Source of the DNA: Fistulifera solaris
Taxonomy: Eukaryota
Direction of reading: 5' to 3'
Assembly: GCA_030295235.1 (NCBI GenBank)
Contig: AP026138.1
Location: 806,001 to 870,000, forward strand
Length of the DNA: 64,000 nt
Part shown: positions 40,001 through 51,886 of the stretch, piece by piece
How positions within the stretch are numbered: the stretch's first letter is position 1
Layout of the letters: each line of letters opens with the position of its first letter
Program-made: the position numbers and the translations under genes
The notes under the pieces: model-generated
What the model was told of the DNA's origin: nothing
The model's input: only the letters and a program-made list of their open reading frames with translations
Database searches by the model: none

Positions 40001-42514
40001 AGTTGGAGCACATCATCAAAATGGCAAAGCTGAACGCCGCATAGGACAATTGCAAGAACTCACTCGAGCGATGCTGATCGATGCACAACACAAGTGGCCG
40101 CAAGCCATCACAACTCACCTGTGGCCTTATGCTTTGCGCGCATGGCAAACGATTCCATCAACCACATGCCAAACATGAAGCACCCTGAGCTCGTACTCCT
40201 TATCAACTCTTCGCCAACACGGATATTCATTCGAATCCAATTCATTGGAAACCATTCGGTTGCCCAGTATTTGTTCTTGACGCCGCGCTTCAAGGAGGAA
40301 AAAGTCGGATATTTCACAAATGGCGCTCTGCGCTCACATCTCGGAATTTATTTGGGACGTTCTCCAGTACACAGCCGTTCTGTCGCCCTGGTACTGAACC
40401 CAGACACAGGACTCGTCAGTCCCCAGTTTCACGTCAAATTTGATTCGAAATTCCAAACTGTTCCGGACCTTGCGAAAACATGTTTGTGGCAACTCAAAGC
40501 CGGTTTTATTGCCGCTCCAAGCGCAAATCCTCAACAATCCACGCCTACATTGTCGGATACACCTACTACTACACCCGCCGACCTCTCTCCGTTACCGATG
40601 CCGCTGCCGACCGCCGCACCACCTGATGACAATGTTCCGTCCACCGATCGTCAACCTGAACCACTTTCCTCTCCATCGCCACCACAATCTCAGAGGGAGA
40701 GACGCAGCACTCGCCAACGACGTCCCGTTACTCGATTAATAGAGATCATGATCGCAATGTTCGCTAGTGAACTCAGTCAATCATCGGCCGACATCAAAGG
40801 GGAACTTTTTGCTTACGAATCTCTTCAAACCGCCTCAGCAAAACTCAATCCACCGGATCCATTCTATGTTTTCAAAACGAAAGCCGACCCCGATTCAATG
40901 TATTTGCATCAAGCTCGCAAACAACCCGATTGGCCGGAGTTTTCCAAAGGCATGGACGTAAATCGAGGATCAAATGGCAAATGGAAATTTCTCATTGTTT
41001 CCAAGGAGTCAAGTTCCAGAGGGAGCAACGATTCTACCAACAGTATGGCAACTTCGCTCGCAAACGAGACATTATGACACGCGAAGTCAAGAAGTGGAAA
41101 GCGCGACTGACTATTGATGGGTCACGGATGAAATATGGTCGCGACTATGAATTGACCTACTCTCCGGTTGCTAATTGGACTTCAATCCGCTTGTTACTAG
41201 CAATGGTGATCATACATGGTTGGCATACGAAGCAACTCGATTGTGTTCAGGCATTTCCTCAGGCGCGCGACAAAGAAATTTATCTGTCCATTCCAAAAGG
41301 ATATACAATACACGGAGCATCCCCCGGACGATTATGTTCTGAAAGTCCACAAGAATGTTTATGGAGCAAAGGATGCAAGTCGAACATGGTTCCTTTATTT
41401 GCGAAAGAAACTATTTGAGATCGGTTTCAAGCAATCGGAATACGACGAATGTGTGTTTTACTACAAGAGCACGATGTATGTTCTATATACCGACGACAGT
41501 ATTCTTGGAGGTCCTAATGAAAAGGAAATTGAGGAAATTATTGAAAAGATGAAACAGATCAAACTAGACATTACAGTTGAGGGAGATTTATCGGATTTTC
41601 TGGGAGTTAATATCAACAGGATCGGTGAATCAACAATTGAATTGAAACAGCCACAACTCATCGACTCGATAATCAAAGACATGAAATTCGACCAGAAGGA
41701 AGTTAAAACAAAGGATATTCCAATGGCATCATCGAAGCTACTTTCGCAGCATCCCAAATCGCCGCCATTTGACAAAAGTTTTCATTACACTTCAGTCATC
41801 GGAAAAATGAACTACCTGACGCTGAGGATCCAGGCCAGACATCGCCTATGCGGTACATCAATCGCGCACGCTTTGCATCAAACCCAAGGAAAGAACATGG
41901 AGATGCAATGAGATGGCTTACAAAGTATCTGATAGGGACAAGGGACAAAGGAATGATTCTGCACCCAGACGTCTCTAGAAGCTTGGAAGTTCATGTCGAC
42001 GCCCGATTTCGCAGGCAATTGGGATCCAGAGATCGCTTTTGAGGACCTAAACACAGCTCGCTCCAGACACGGATTTTTCATCACCTATGCCGGAGTATTG
42101 TTGCATCACAAGAGTCAACTTCAGACAGAGATTGCATTGAGTTCCACCGAGCGAATTCACCGGATTGAGCTACGCACTCAGAGATGCAATTCCTATCATG
42201 AACACTTTGAAGGAGATGCAATCACTCGGATTTGATGTGAAAGAGTGGAGGCCAAAAGTCCATTGCAAAGTATTTGAGGACAACTCGGGAGCTCTGGAAA
42301 TCGCAAAAGTTCCGAAGGCTCGACCAAGGACGAAGCATTTGAATGTCAAACTGCACCATTTTCGGTCATACGTTGACAGCGGAGATATAACAATCCACAA
42401 AATCGATACTCTCGAACAAGTTGCGGATATTCTAACGAAACCACTCACATTTGATCTCTTTGCCAAACATCGGAAGGCAATTCTCGGATGGTGAGATCGC
42501 AGTTCGAGAGGGAG

Positions 42515-42880
42515 TGTTGAATAACCAGTCACGCGTGTCTACAATAAACGGAAAGACATGTGAACTACATATTACATGATACTGAAAACGAGAAGCGAAC
42601 AGCAATCTACCTAATCCCGAATCCTCGTTATTCAAAGAACTAACAGCTGCCGAAGGAACCTAAACTATTACTGACAAAGAACAATGCCAGCAGCTTCTGC
42701 ATATTCTACATGAATCAAATGAGAACAATGAAGAGACAAACAAGAATTCAAATCAATAGGATAACTTCATTTACTAGCTCATAATTTTAACAAGCAATCC
42801 GTTTGCAGCAATCCGTTTGCACCAAGTTAATTTTGTCAAGCCCAATCCATAGACGGCTCCGGCACCTGTGGATTTCAAGA
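42515..42880 (+). repeat. 3' LTR
   Basis: Direct repeat of 36698-37063, preceded by a polypurine tract. Confidence 0.95.
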
Positions 42881-43185
42881 GCTTTGCTCATTGAATTACT
42901 TTCACCGTCAATAATATACTCGAACGCACAACGTGCGAACTGCGAAGGGCGCACGCCTAGTTAGAGTTAAAGTTACCAGGTAGTCATAAAACAAATAATG
43001 AATTCCATCGAATTCGTTGGAATTCGCAGCGCTCGCGTCGTCGTTGTGTTCCTCTTGATTTTAAATTGGTACTGTATGCCTTCTTTGCAGTAAAAGAACG
43101 CTTCATCTATTTATCTCATAGGAGTTACTCTTTTTAATTTTGAAGCATTAACTTATTGAACAGCCGCGAGAAGAACTAAAGGATC

Positions 43186-43962
43186 ATGACTCTCAAGAAC
43201 GCCGTCGTTACTGGTGCCAATCGTGGCTTGGGATTGGAGATATGCAAGCAGCTTTTGGAAAAGAAAGAGTATCAACGTGTTTACGCGATCTGCCGCAGTA
43301 CAAGTCCGGATTTGAAAGCGTTGGAGAAGAACGAAAAGCTGCAAATTGTTGATAATATTCAAGTGATGGATCACGCCGATACGGCTACGCGATTGAGAGA
43401 CTATTTTCAATCGACTCAATCGGAGCCGATCCCTATTCACTTGCTGATTCACAATGCCGGTGCGTACGGACCTTCGGAGGGATTCTCCAGCCACAAAGAA
43501 GAGCGTCAGTCTCAAGGAATTGAAACTATTACGCCGGAGCGATTCCGATTTGCCTTTGAACTGAACACGGCCGCTCCTCTTTTTGTCACGCAAGCATTGT
43601 TATCCAATTTGCGTGCTGCGGCACCGGAAGCAAAAGTGGCTATTATTTCTTCCGCCATGGGTTCGATTTCCAATAATACGTCGGGTGAGCACTATGCGTA
43701 TAGGGCTTCGAAAGCCGCCGTCAATATGGTTGGAAAAGGTTTGGCGGTGGATCTGAGCAAAGAGCAGATTGCCGTCGGCCTCATTCATCCTGGTTTTGTA
43801 TTCACTGGTTTCGGAAGCATCAAAGAACGCATGGAGGGACAGAGGGATGTAGACGAGAGTACAAAGGGAATTCTAGAGGCGGTTAATTGTATCAACTTAA
43901 ACAACACGGGTTGTTTTCTTCACGGAAACTACGGTGAAGGAGTCAAGCCTATGGAATGGTAA
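43186..43962 (+). CDS. CsgA/C-factor-like short-chain dehydrogenase/reductase
   Basis: TGANRGLG, LIHNAG, ISSAMGSI, catalytic YRASK, IHPGFV.T. Intact 258-aa ORF. Confidence 0.92.
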   Translation: MTLKNAVVTGANRGLGLEICKQLLEKKEYQRVYAICRSTSPDLKALEKNEKLQIVDNIQVMDHADTATRLRDYFQSTQSEPIPIHLLIHNAGAYGPSEGFSSHKEERQSQGIETITPERFRFAFELNTAAPLFVTQALLSNLRAAAPEAKVAIISSAMGSISNNTSGEHYAYRASKAAVNMVGKGLAVDLSKEQIAVGLIHPGFVFTGFGSIKERMEGQRDVDESTKGILEAVNCINLNNTGCFLHGNYGEGVKPMEW

Positions 43963-44232
43963 ATACTGATGATAACTTTATACAGATACGACATAGCTTG
44001 TCAAGGTTAAAAAAGAACTATAATGAAGTAATAGATACTTTAGAGAGATACCAAGTGCCTAATAAAGAGATGATGGAGCTATGAGCTATGGTTTCATGGC
44101 TTACTGGTACCTGGCAAGGATGACGATGACTAAAAACTAATGACAGAAATGCAGCCGAGCCGTGGTAAAAATAATGATAAAACGATAGTTTATAGTACTT
44201 GCAGGAGTTAACAGCTTTCTTTATTATAAAAA

Positions 44233-45637
44233 GTCGCGATCGCGTACAACCTACACTTTACCATTATAGTGAAAATGGCAGTCAACGATACGGATGCTTT
44301 CCGACGCAAATATTTGCGTTTCGAATGAAGATGATAGTTAGACTAGTTCATACATTGATATTTCCATGGCATTTGATTATCCACTTCGCGCTTTTGTTTG
44401 AGGACCACTTTGGTGACGTTTCAATACTGTTCCTGATGTTTCAAGTGACTGAAATTTAGTCCCGATCGCGTACAACCAACACTTTACCATTATAGTGAAA
44501 ATGGCAGTCGACGATACGGATGCTTTCCGACGCAAATATTTGCGTTTCGAATGAAGATGATAGTTAGACTAGTTCATACATTGATAGTTCCATGGCATTT
44601 GATTATCCACTTCGCGCTTTTGTTTGAGGACCACTTCGGTGACGTTTCAATACTGTTCCTTATGTTTCAAGTGACTGAAATTTAGTCCCGATCGCGTACA
44701 AACAAGACTTTACCATTATAGTGAAAATGGCAGTCGACGATACGGATGCTTTCCGACGCAAATATTTGCGTTTCGAATGAAGATGATAGTTAGACTAGTT
44801 CATACATTGATATTTCCATGGCATTTGATTATCCACTTCGCGCTTTTGTTTGAGGACCACTTCGGTGACGTTTCAATACTGTTCCTTATGTTTCAAGTGA
44901 CTGAAATTTAGTCCCGATCGCGTACAAACAAGACTTTACCATTATAGTGAAAATGGCAGTCGACGATACGGATGCTTTCCGACGCAAATATTTGCGTTTC
45001 GAATGAAGATGATAGTTAGACTAGTTCATACATTGATATTTCCATGGCATTTGATTATCCACTTCGCGCTTTTGTTTGAGGACCACTTTGGTGACGTTTC
45101 AATACTGTTCCTTATGTTTCAAGTGACTGAAATTTAGTCCCGATCGCGTACAACCAACACTTTACCATTATAGTGAAAATGGCAGTCGACGATACGGATG
45201 CTTTCCGACGCAAATATTTGCGTTTCGAATGAAGATGATAGTTAGACTAGTTCATACATTGATATTTCCATGGCATTTGATTATCCACTTCGCGCTTTTG
45301 TTTGAGGACCACTTCGGTGACGTTTCAATACTGTTCCTTATGTTTCAAGTGACTGAAATTTAGTCCCGATCGCGTACAAACAAGACTTTACCATTATAGT
45401 GAAAATGGCAGTCGACGATACGGATGCTTTCCGACGCAAATATTTGCGTTTCGAATGAAGATGATAGTTAGACTAGTTCATACATTGATATTTCCATGGC
45501 ATTTGATTATCCACTTCGCGCTTTTGTTTGAGGACCACTTCGGTGACGTTTCAATACGGTTCCTTATGTTTTAAGTGACTGAAATTTAGTCCCGATCGCG
45601 TACAACCTACACCCATTATAGTGAAAATGGCAGTCGA
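44233..45637. repeat. Satellite-like tandem repeat, 226-bp unit, ~6.2 near-identical copies
   Basis: GATCGCGTACAA recurs at 44238, 44464, 44690, 44916, 45142, 45368 and 45594. Confidence 0.97.
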
Positions 45638-45719
45638 AGGTACCAGGGTAATGCCTTTCTCAAGAAAGAATGGCACAAAACAAAAACTGCAAACAATCTT
45701 GTTGCGAGACTAAACAATA

Positions 45720-47229
45720 TTACTTTTTACTCTTTTTTCTCTTCGACTTTGTACCACGTCGAGAATTTGGCGATCGATTCGCCGCATTCACCTGTAAAGG
45801 CGGTACTACTGGACGCGGCGCTACGGGTGCTGCTAAAACCGTTTGCTTTTCTTGAGAACGTTGATCACGCTCTGCTCGAAGAGTATCTAGTCGAGCTTGA
45901 AGCATGGCTCCTTCGTTCACTTTAGAGCTTCCACCGGCTGCGCCAATACCTAAAAGACCATCAACAAAGCCATCCGGTTCAAACTGCTCACACGTGACAA
46001 ACAAATAGAACGTAGCTGTATAAGAAAATGCGCAATGCAAAACGATTTATGCCCTTCCAATAATAGCGACTTACATCACGAAGATCCTCCATCCCTTCTC
46101 CGACACCAATTAGTTTCACCGGAAGTTGTAAATCTCGAGAAACCGCCACTACACTACCGCCTCGTGCACTTCCATCCAACTTGGTCAATATCAGTCCCGT
46201 CAATCCAATCTCTTTGTTCCATACTTGCGCTGAGTCCAACGCCATGCGTCCTTGTGCGGCATCTATCACTAACAATGTTTCGTGCGGGACATTCATGTTC
46301 GGGATAGGAAATCCTTTTTCATTGTTTTGTTGCGAAAGTCGCTTCTGTATAACACGTTTCATTTTCACCAACTCTTGCGTTAGCGCCTCATTATTGCTCA
46401 AGCGTCCGGAGGTATCCACCAACAGTGTATCGTACTTTTCCAGAACCGCCTTATCGAGTGCCGAATAGAGAACAGCGGCCGGTGACTTGACGGTATCGGT
46501 GGGTCCCACGAGATCAACTTGCGCTCGATCGGCCCATTGTTGCAGCTGCGCTACCGCCCCGGCACGGAATGTATCACACGCGGCCACCAAGACCGTTTGA
46601 TTTCCTTCGGTGCGCAAACGATGAGCTAGTTTCCCTATTGTTGTCGTCTTTCCCATGCCGTTTGCACCCAGTATGAAAAGAACCGTAGGCAGATTGGGAT
46701 CTTGACTGAATTGAATCATTCTGGATTGTTCCGTTTCGAGTGCCTCTAATATTTTTCCGCGCATGATCGACATGAGATCCTCTCGCGACAAACGCTGACG
46801 TGAACTTTCGCGGAGACTTTGTACTTCTTGTACAATGTCTTCGGCCGTCGCAATACCCAAATCCGCTTGCAGTAATACATCTTCTAACTCTTGCATCATT
46901 TCTTCTGGATCGATTCCGGTGAATAAAAACTCCAATCGATCGAGAAATCGGTTGCGACTTTTTGAGAGACCTTCCGCAAATGCCTTGTTGCGTTCGTTTG
47001 TGTAAGACGCTACATCCGCTAATCCTTTACCCAGTTGCCCCTGACTTGCTGATTTCGCTAAATTGTTGAGTTGATCGATTCCTTCTTTCGTGCGGTCTTT
47101 GAAAAAGTCAAACACCATATTCAATTGCGTTTTACTTGCAAGAGATGATGGTGTCACGACGACAAAGGCAAACGCCGTTTGTTGCAGAATAGCAGCCAGT
47201 AAGAAGCTGCAAAGCCTTTGCCCTTTCAT
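45720..47229 (-). CDS. cpFtsY: Plastid SRP receptor FtsY (intron 45984-46074)
   Basis: Presequence TAFA-F, GANGMGKTTT, DTFRAGA, DTSGRL, TKLDGSARGG, and GVGEGMEDLRD|FEPDGF across the intron. Confidence 0.93.
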
Positions 47230-47548
47230 AGTAAATACGACTTAGGAAGGCAAATAAAGTGAATAGATAAAGAGTAATGGAGAGAAAGATTAGATCGAGA
47301 AGAAATAAATAAAAGCGTCAACAAAATATTTTTGATGATGTGTTCGGTCTCAGCGTCCGTCCCCACGTCCGGGACGTAGCTTAAGCTAAGGGCACTAATA
47401 GGAAAACTCAGAGATAATCGTTATACTTGAGACGACGGGTAAATGAGGCAAGGTTTACCTAGAAAAGAGAGACCTTTGGAGAATTAGTATACCAGCATCT
47501 TTATGCATTTGTATATGCATTTGTATTATTCGCTACAATTCTTGCTTT

Positions 47549-50176
47549 CTAGATCACAAAGGCTCCTTGACTACTCACAGTTCCTCCGCTCGCTTGACGA
47601 CGCATCAATATATGATCATCGGAAGGTCGTGGTAACTGCGCTGACGGATCTGATTTCTTCCAGTGCCGTCCCGCCCAACTCAACAATAGTTCACGATCAT
47701 CCGGTGGATAGGCCTGTGTATATTCTTTCAAAATCGAATTCGCATTCTGTTCATTCACATCGGCAATGTAGATTGTCGCGGCCAGTCGCATTTCATTATG
47801 CCGTCGATAGTCGACGGCCGAAGTGGCATGGACCGCACCGTCGCCCATCATCGAACCCACTTCGTATTCGTATCGATACCGACCGACAACGCGGTTCTCC
47901 TTATCGTCAAATCCATCCTCGTACGAAGCACCTTCGACCAAATCCAATTCAGGACCGGTATGATTGGCTAACAACAATGGTACAATGACGTTGTAAGTTT
48001 TGGCACCCGTCCACAAGACATCGTGATGTTGATAACCTTCGGTCGATTGAGATACGGCGATGAAAGTGACATGGAACGCCACCAAGCCGTCCAAGCCTAG
48101 ATACTTTCCCACACCGTCCAGCACAGTATCAAAGCCAGATGCCGATAAAGCTTGCAAGTAATGTTCATGAGAATGCTCGTCACCGGGTGACAGCCAATGT
48201 AAATTTGATCGCCATTCGGGTCCGGGTCGTTGCAAATACCATTTCGTACCATCCGCTAAAGGCAAATATCCATTTTGCCGTGCTTGCAAGGCATTTCCTT
48301 CAATAGTCACGTGTCGAAATACATCCATGATGCCCATGGATTCACAATACTCCAGCAGGACTTGTCGGACAGAAGCCGGAACGCCGACACGAAATGCCCA
48401 GGGCGTGACGACTTGAGCGGACGACTGCCACCGAATGGGAGCCATCATCCCTGGTGTCAATGGCGAGGCAATAAAATCACCGTATGGTTGCGGATCCGGC
48501 AACAGCCAATGTCGCGGATAAAAGTCGTCGTGCAGTGGTACACTGATTTCGTGACGAAAGGCATGATCTGAGTACTCGGGAAGAGTGTAAGGTCGATTTA
48601 CTAGTCGAATTGCCTCGCGTGGGATCTGCGTCACTTGAACTGCTGTTTTCAGCACACCGCATTCCGATGGTTCGCGAATACTTCCCATAGGATGTACAAT
48701 GACCGTGTAAAGCAATTTCTCGTTATCAAGGCGCTCAAGAATCTCACAAGGACGCCAGCAGGAGGATAGAGTTGGTTTTTGCCAAGTAGCGACGTTGCTC
48801 AGTTCTTCGGTATCAATCGCGTTCATAAAATGACAGGCTGTTTGCAATTGCGCAGGCAATGCTTTTGTGGACAATGGCTCCCATGCATGTTGTTGCGTAT
48901 ACTCGTCGGCTGTGACGATAGCTTCTCTTGGTAGCTCTTTTATTTGCTGTTGATGTTCATTCCAAGCCGCAACCCAATCACTTCCATAATCCAAAAGGAT
49001 TTCGTCACCGGGTTGTATATCTCGCAAAGCCACATATTCCATGACGAGATAATATCCATCCTCCCCAAACGCCATTTCGAGTAGTTCCATGACAGGATAC
49101 GACTCCGACGATAACAAGGTATTCGCATGCCCGTATCGACGCGACCATTGCAGTCTGACGTTGGGCACAATTTCCGATTGAACACTAACACTTGAAGCGT
49201 GCTGAATGAAATTACTCCCGGTTGCCATGGGCCACAACAACACATTCGAGTCATCTCGTCCGTACACATAATTGGTGAACAACTGTTGACGCAGTACATG
49301 AGTATTGTTGAATTGAATGCCATGTCCCCGTGCGAATTGCGGCAATCGATTTTCGTTCGTATTACTCGGATGACTGGAACGTGCGTGTTGTTGCACCACA
49401 TTCAATTGACTCCGATCTAACAACAGAACGGGAGAAAGCATTACAACTTGTCCGGCGGCGACGTGATGCTTCGAAAAAGCCCCGTACCCTCCATTCGATG
49501 AGGGCTGTACCGACACGGTATCCATACACATGCCCTGCTGCAGCAAATCTTCAAAAGTCCGAGAAGCTTGTCGTTTGTACAGTCGCATCATTTTCGGATT
49601 GTTGGCTCGACACGGTGTCAACAAGACTTCTCCCGCTCGAATATCTCGGATCGCCCGTGCTTGAATGAGTTGTCGGGTGGACGCCGAACCATCTCCTGGA
49701 CGACTGCGGCGATCGGCTGGAACTGCAATGAGCTCAATATTCGCGTATTCCAGTCCACCGCATTCGGTCAGCGATCCGATTCCTCCCAACAAGACGTCAT
49801 GCAAGTAATTGGTTTCCCATAAAGCATCCGGATAAAGTACATTCTCTTCGCTCGTTGTCGTGTAGGACAAAGGATCCCATACCAAATCATGCCACGGACT
49901 GTATTCATTCGGATTCGCATCCGAAATCGATAAAAAGAGATCCGGACTTCCTAACAAAGATCCTGCCGGGATGGTTACGGCACTGTAGAGCGTCCATTGA
50001 TGAGGATTCCATGGCGATGGACTAAAATACGTTTGACAGGCAGTATTTTCTTCGTCGGAACAGTTCTCGTTCGTTTTGTAGCAAACGGGAGCTTCTCTTT
50101 GTTTTTCGGAAGATGAAGAGACGAGAAGCAACAACCATGTTGTTGTCAGGAAAGAAATGTTTTTCATCGTCATCAT
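47549..50176 (-). CDS. Secreted SET-domain protein with a C-terminal 2OG-Fe(II)-oxygenase-like domain
   Basis: Signal peptide. Degenerate SET1 (ARAIRDIRAGEVLL). SET2 with GYGAFSK, SNFIQH and VALRDIQPGDEILLDYG. C-terminal domain with HHD...HAT...MRL. Confidence 0.75.
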   Translation of the reverse strand: MMTMKNISFLTTTWLLLLVSSSSEKQREAPVCYKTNENCSDEENTACQTYFSPSPWNPHQWTLYSAVTIPAGSLLGSPDLFLSISDANPNEYSPWHDLVWDPLSYTTTSEENVLYPDALWETNYLHDVLLGGIGSLTECGGLEYANIELIAVPADRRSRPGDGSASTRQLIQARAIRDIRAGEVLLTPCRANNPKMMRLYKRQASRTFEDLLQQGMCMDTVSVQPSSNGGYGAFSKHHVAAGQVVMLSPVLLLDRSQLNVVQQHARSSHPSNTNENRLPQFARGHGIQFNNTHVLRQQLFTNYVYGRDDSNVLLWPMATGSNFIQHASSVSVQSEIVPNVRLQWSRRYGHANTLLSSESYPVMELLEMAFGEDGYYLVMEYVALRDIQPGDEILLDYGSDWVAAWNEHQQQIKELPREAIVTADEYTQQHAWEPLSTKALPAQLQTACHFMNAIDTEELSNVATWQKPTLSSCWRPCEILERLDNEKLLYTVIVHPMGSIREPSECGVLKTAVQVTQIPREAIRLVNRPYTLPEYSDHAFRHEISVPLHDDFYPRHWLLPDPQPYGDFIASPLTPGMMAPIRWQSSAQVVTPWAFRVGVPASVRQVLLEYCESMGIMDVFRHVTIEGNALQARQNGYLPLADGTKWYLQRPGPEWRSNLHWLSPGDEHSHEHYLQALSASGFDTVLDGVGKYLGLDGLVAFHVTFIAVSQSTEGYQHHDVLWTGAKTYNVIVPLLLANHTGPELDLVEGASYEDGFDDKENRVVGRYRYEYEVGSMMGDGAVHATSAVDYRRHNEMRLAATIYIADVNEQNANSILKEYTQAYPPDDRELLLSWAGRHWKKSDPSAQLPRPSDDHILMRRQASGGTVSSQGAFVI

Positions 50177-50660
50177 CTTGTGAGCGTTTATTACTCCCTA
50201 TTTCGATTCAACAACCGTCTTCGACTTTAACGCATGATCCATTTACACGAAATGTAATTATGAGCAAAGAATACGGAAAGCAATCTTCCAATGCTCTACA
50301 AAGGAAAGGCAAATCCGAACTCTTTGCCGACAATGCGACGAGAAAAAAGGAGCTGCGAAAATTTCCAGCCGAAAATAACGCTCAAATCCGAACGGTACTG
50401 GCGTTTCAACGGACGCGTCCATTCTACGACGAGACAAACTAAGGTAAGCATACTACTTGTCTTAAAGACGTGTCAATCTACCACCAAGTACCAAGAACGA
50501 TAATACCATGATAGCACTTCCTTACTATACTAGCTGTTTATCTGTCGTATTTATTCACACTACATTCTGTTTGGCGCTAAACGGCAGAAGACTAGAAGGA
50601 TCCAAAGGAAGCGCTTATTCAAAGCTCCGCTTCCCCCCTCAATCGCACGAGTCCTCAACT

Positions 50661-51886
50661 TCACTTGTCTCGGTTCGACTGCAGCAGCAGTAACATTTGT
50701 TCATGAATGTCTTTCTGTAGTCGACGTTTCGTCGTCTCGTCACAAAAAGCATACTCCACGGATTGTTCCACCAAACGACATATCATTGACACATTCAAAT
50801 CAAAGGCACGACAGAGCAGCCATAACTCTTTCGTAGGATTGGTATCAAAGACCCCCGGATCGTCCGTTCCAATCGCTAAAGGATATTGCGTATCCAGCCA
50901 TTCGCGCAATTGTGGATGTTGCTGCAATCCTTCGATTAAATGACCTCGCACGTGTTGAGCCAGTTCCAAGGTCATGACATTACTCATGGGACACGTTTCG
51001 ACGGGAATGTGACGTTGTTGCGACGACCAGAGTGTATTGGGAACAAATAATGCGTGTCCCAAGCGATCGGGGCCGAATTCCAACATGGCCTGTGTCTCGC
51101 TGTATTTCGGAGGTGACGACTCATCATCATGGTCACTCGTCATAGCCCCACTATCAGCAACTTCACCGCAATGTAGTGTAATGCGCAATCCAGCTTGTCG
51201 TGCTCGCTCCAAGTGCGGTCGAACGATCCTAAAATCACCACGAGTCGGATTCCCTCCTAAATCCATTCCGACAATGCGATCGGCGTACAGGGTGCTTTTT
51301 CGCAAATCAATAGCCAGCTCAACATTTTCACAGGCTTCCTGTTCCGACAGTGACCGATCGATTGCTACAATCAAACGGCACGTCATGGGACGAGTGCGAC
51401 TTTGTTCGAATTCGTTCATGACACCCAGAACCGTCTCTAAATACTGTCGTTTGTCGCATTCAGCATTCAATACTTTGGGCGTGGTGCGCAATTCCAGATA
51501 CAAAACATTGTGCGCCGCAAAGTCGTGCAAAGCTTCGAACGTGATCCTCCGTAACGAAGTTACATCACTGACGCATCGAGGAATTTCAGCAAACATGTCG
51601 AAGCAATCATGTAACGATCGTGGCTGTACATTGTACAAGAGGGCGTCCTCGTCGTCCGTGTGATATCTATTTTGATTGTTTTCATTCTTTTCGCAGGTTG
51701 AAAGTGATGTGACGACAACGTGACGCCTTTTTCTTCCGCCAAAGCAAAGAGTGTGTCGGGACGAATGCATCCATTTAAATGAGCGTGTAATTCCACTTTG
51801 GGGATTTTCTGGAGAAATGAATAGAGCGATGATGCTAGTGGCCCATTGCTGTTATCATATTTCCTCTTGAAATCGGTCTCTCTCAT
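50661..51886 (-). CDS. ADAL: Adenosine deaminase-like protein (N6-methyl-AMP deaminase type); apparent indel near 51700
   Basis: PKVELHAHLNG, YLELRTTPK, DLGGNP, TLHCGE, PDRLGHA, ETCPMSN, TDDPGVF. Confidence 0.88.

Larger units (their letters stand above)
36698..42880 (+). mobile_element. Full-length Ty1/Copia (CoDi-like) LTR retrotransposon, 6183 bp, TSD GCTTTG
   Basis: Two 366-bp LTRs. Gag ~37129-38403 with WCEKH..WGKH....C knuckle. Pol in PR-IN-RT-RH order: IGVDNRCSACIS, GEVVAVDQM, YHADNG, QNGKAERRI, LYTDDS, EDNSGA. PPT GAGAGGGAG at 42506-42514. GCTTTG at 36692-36697 and 42881-42886. Confidence 0.97.
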
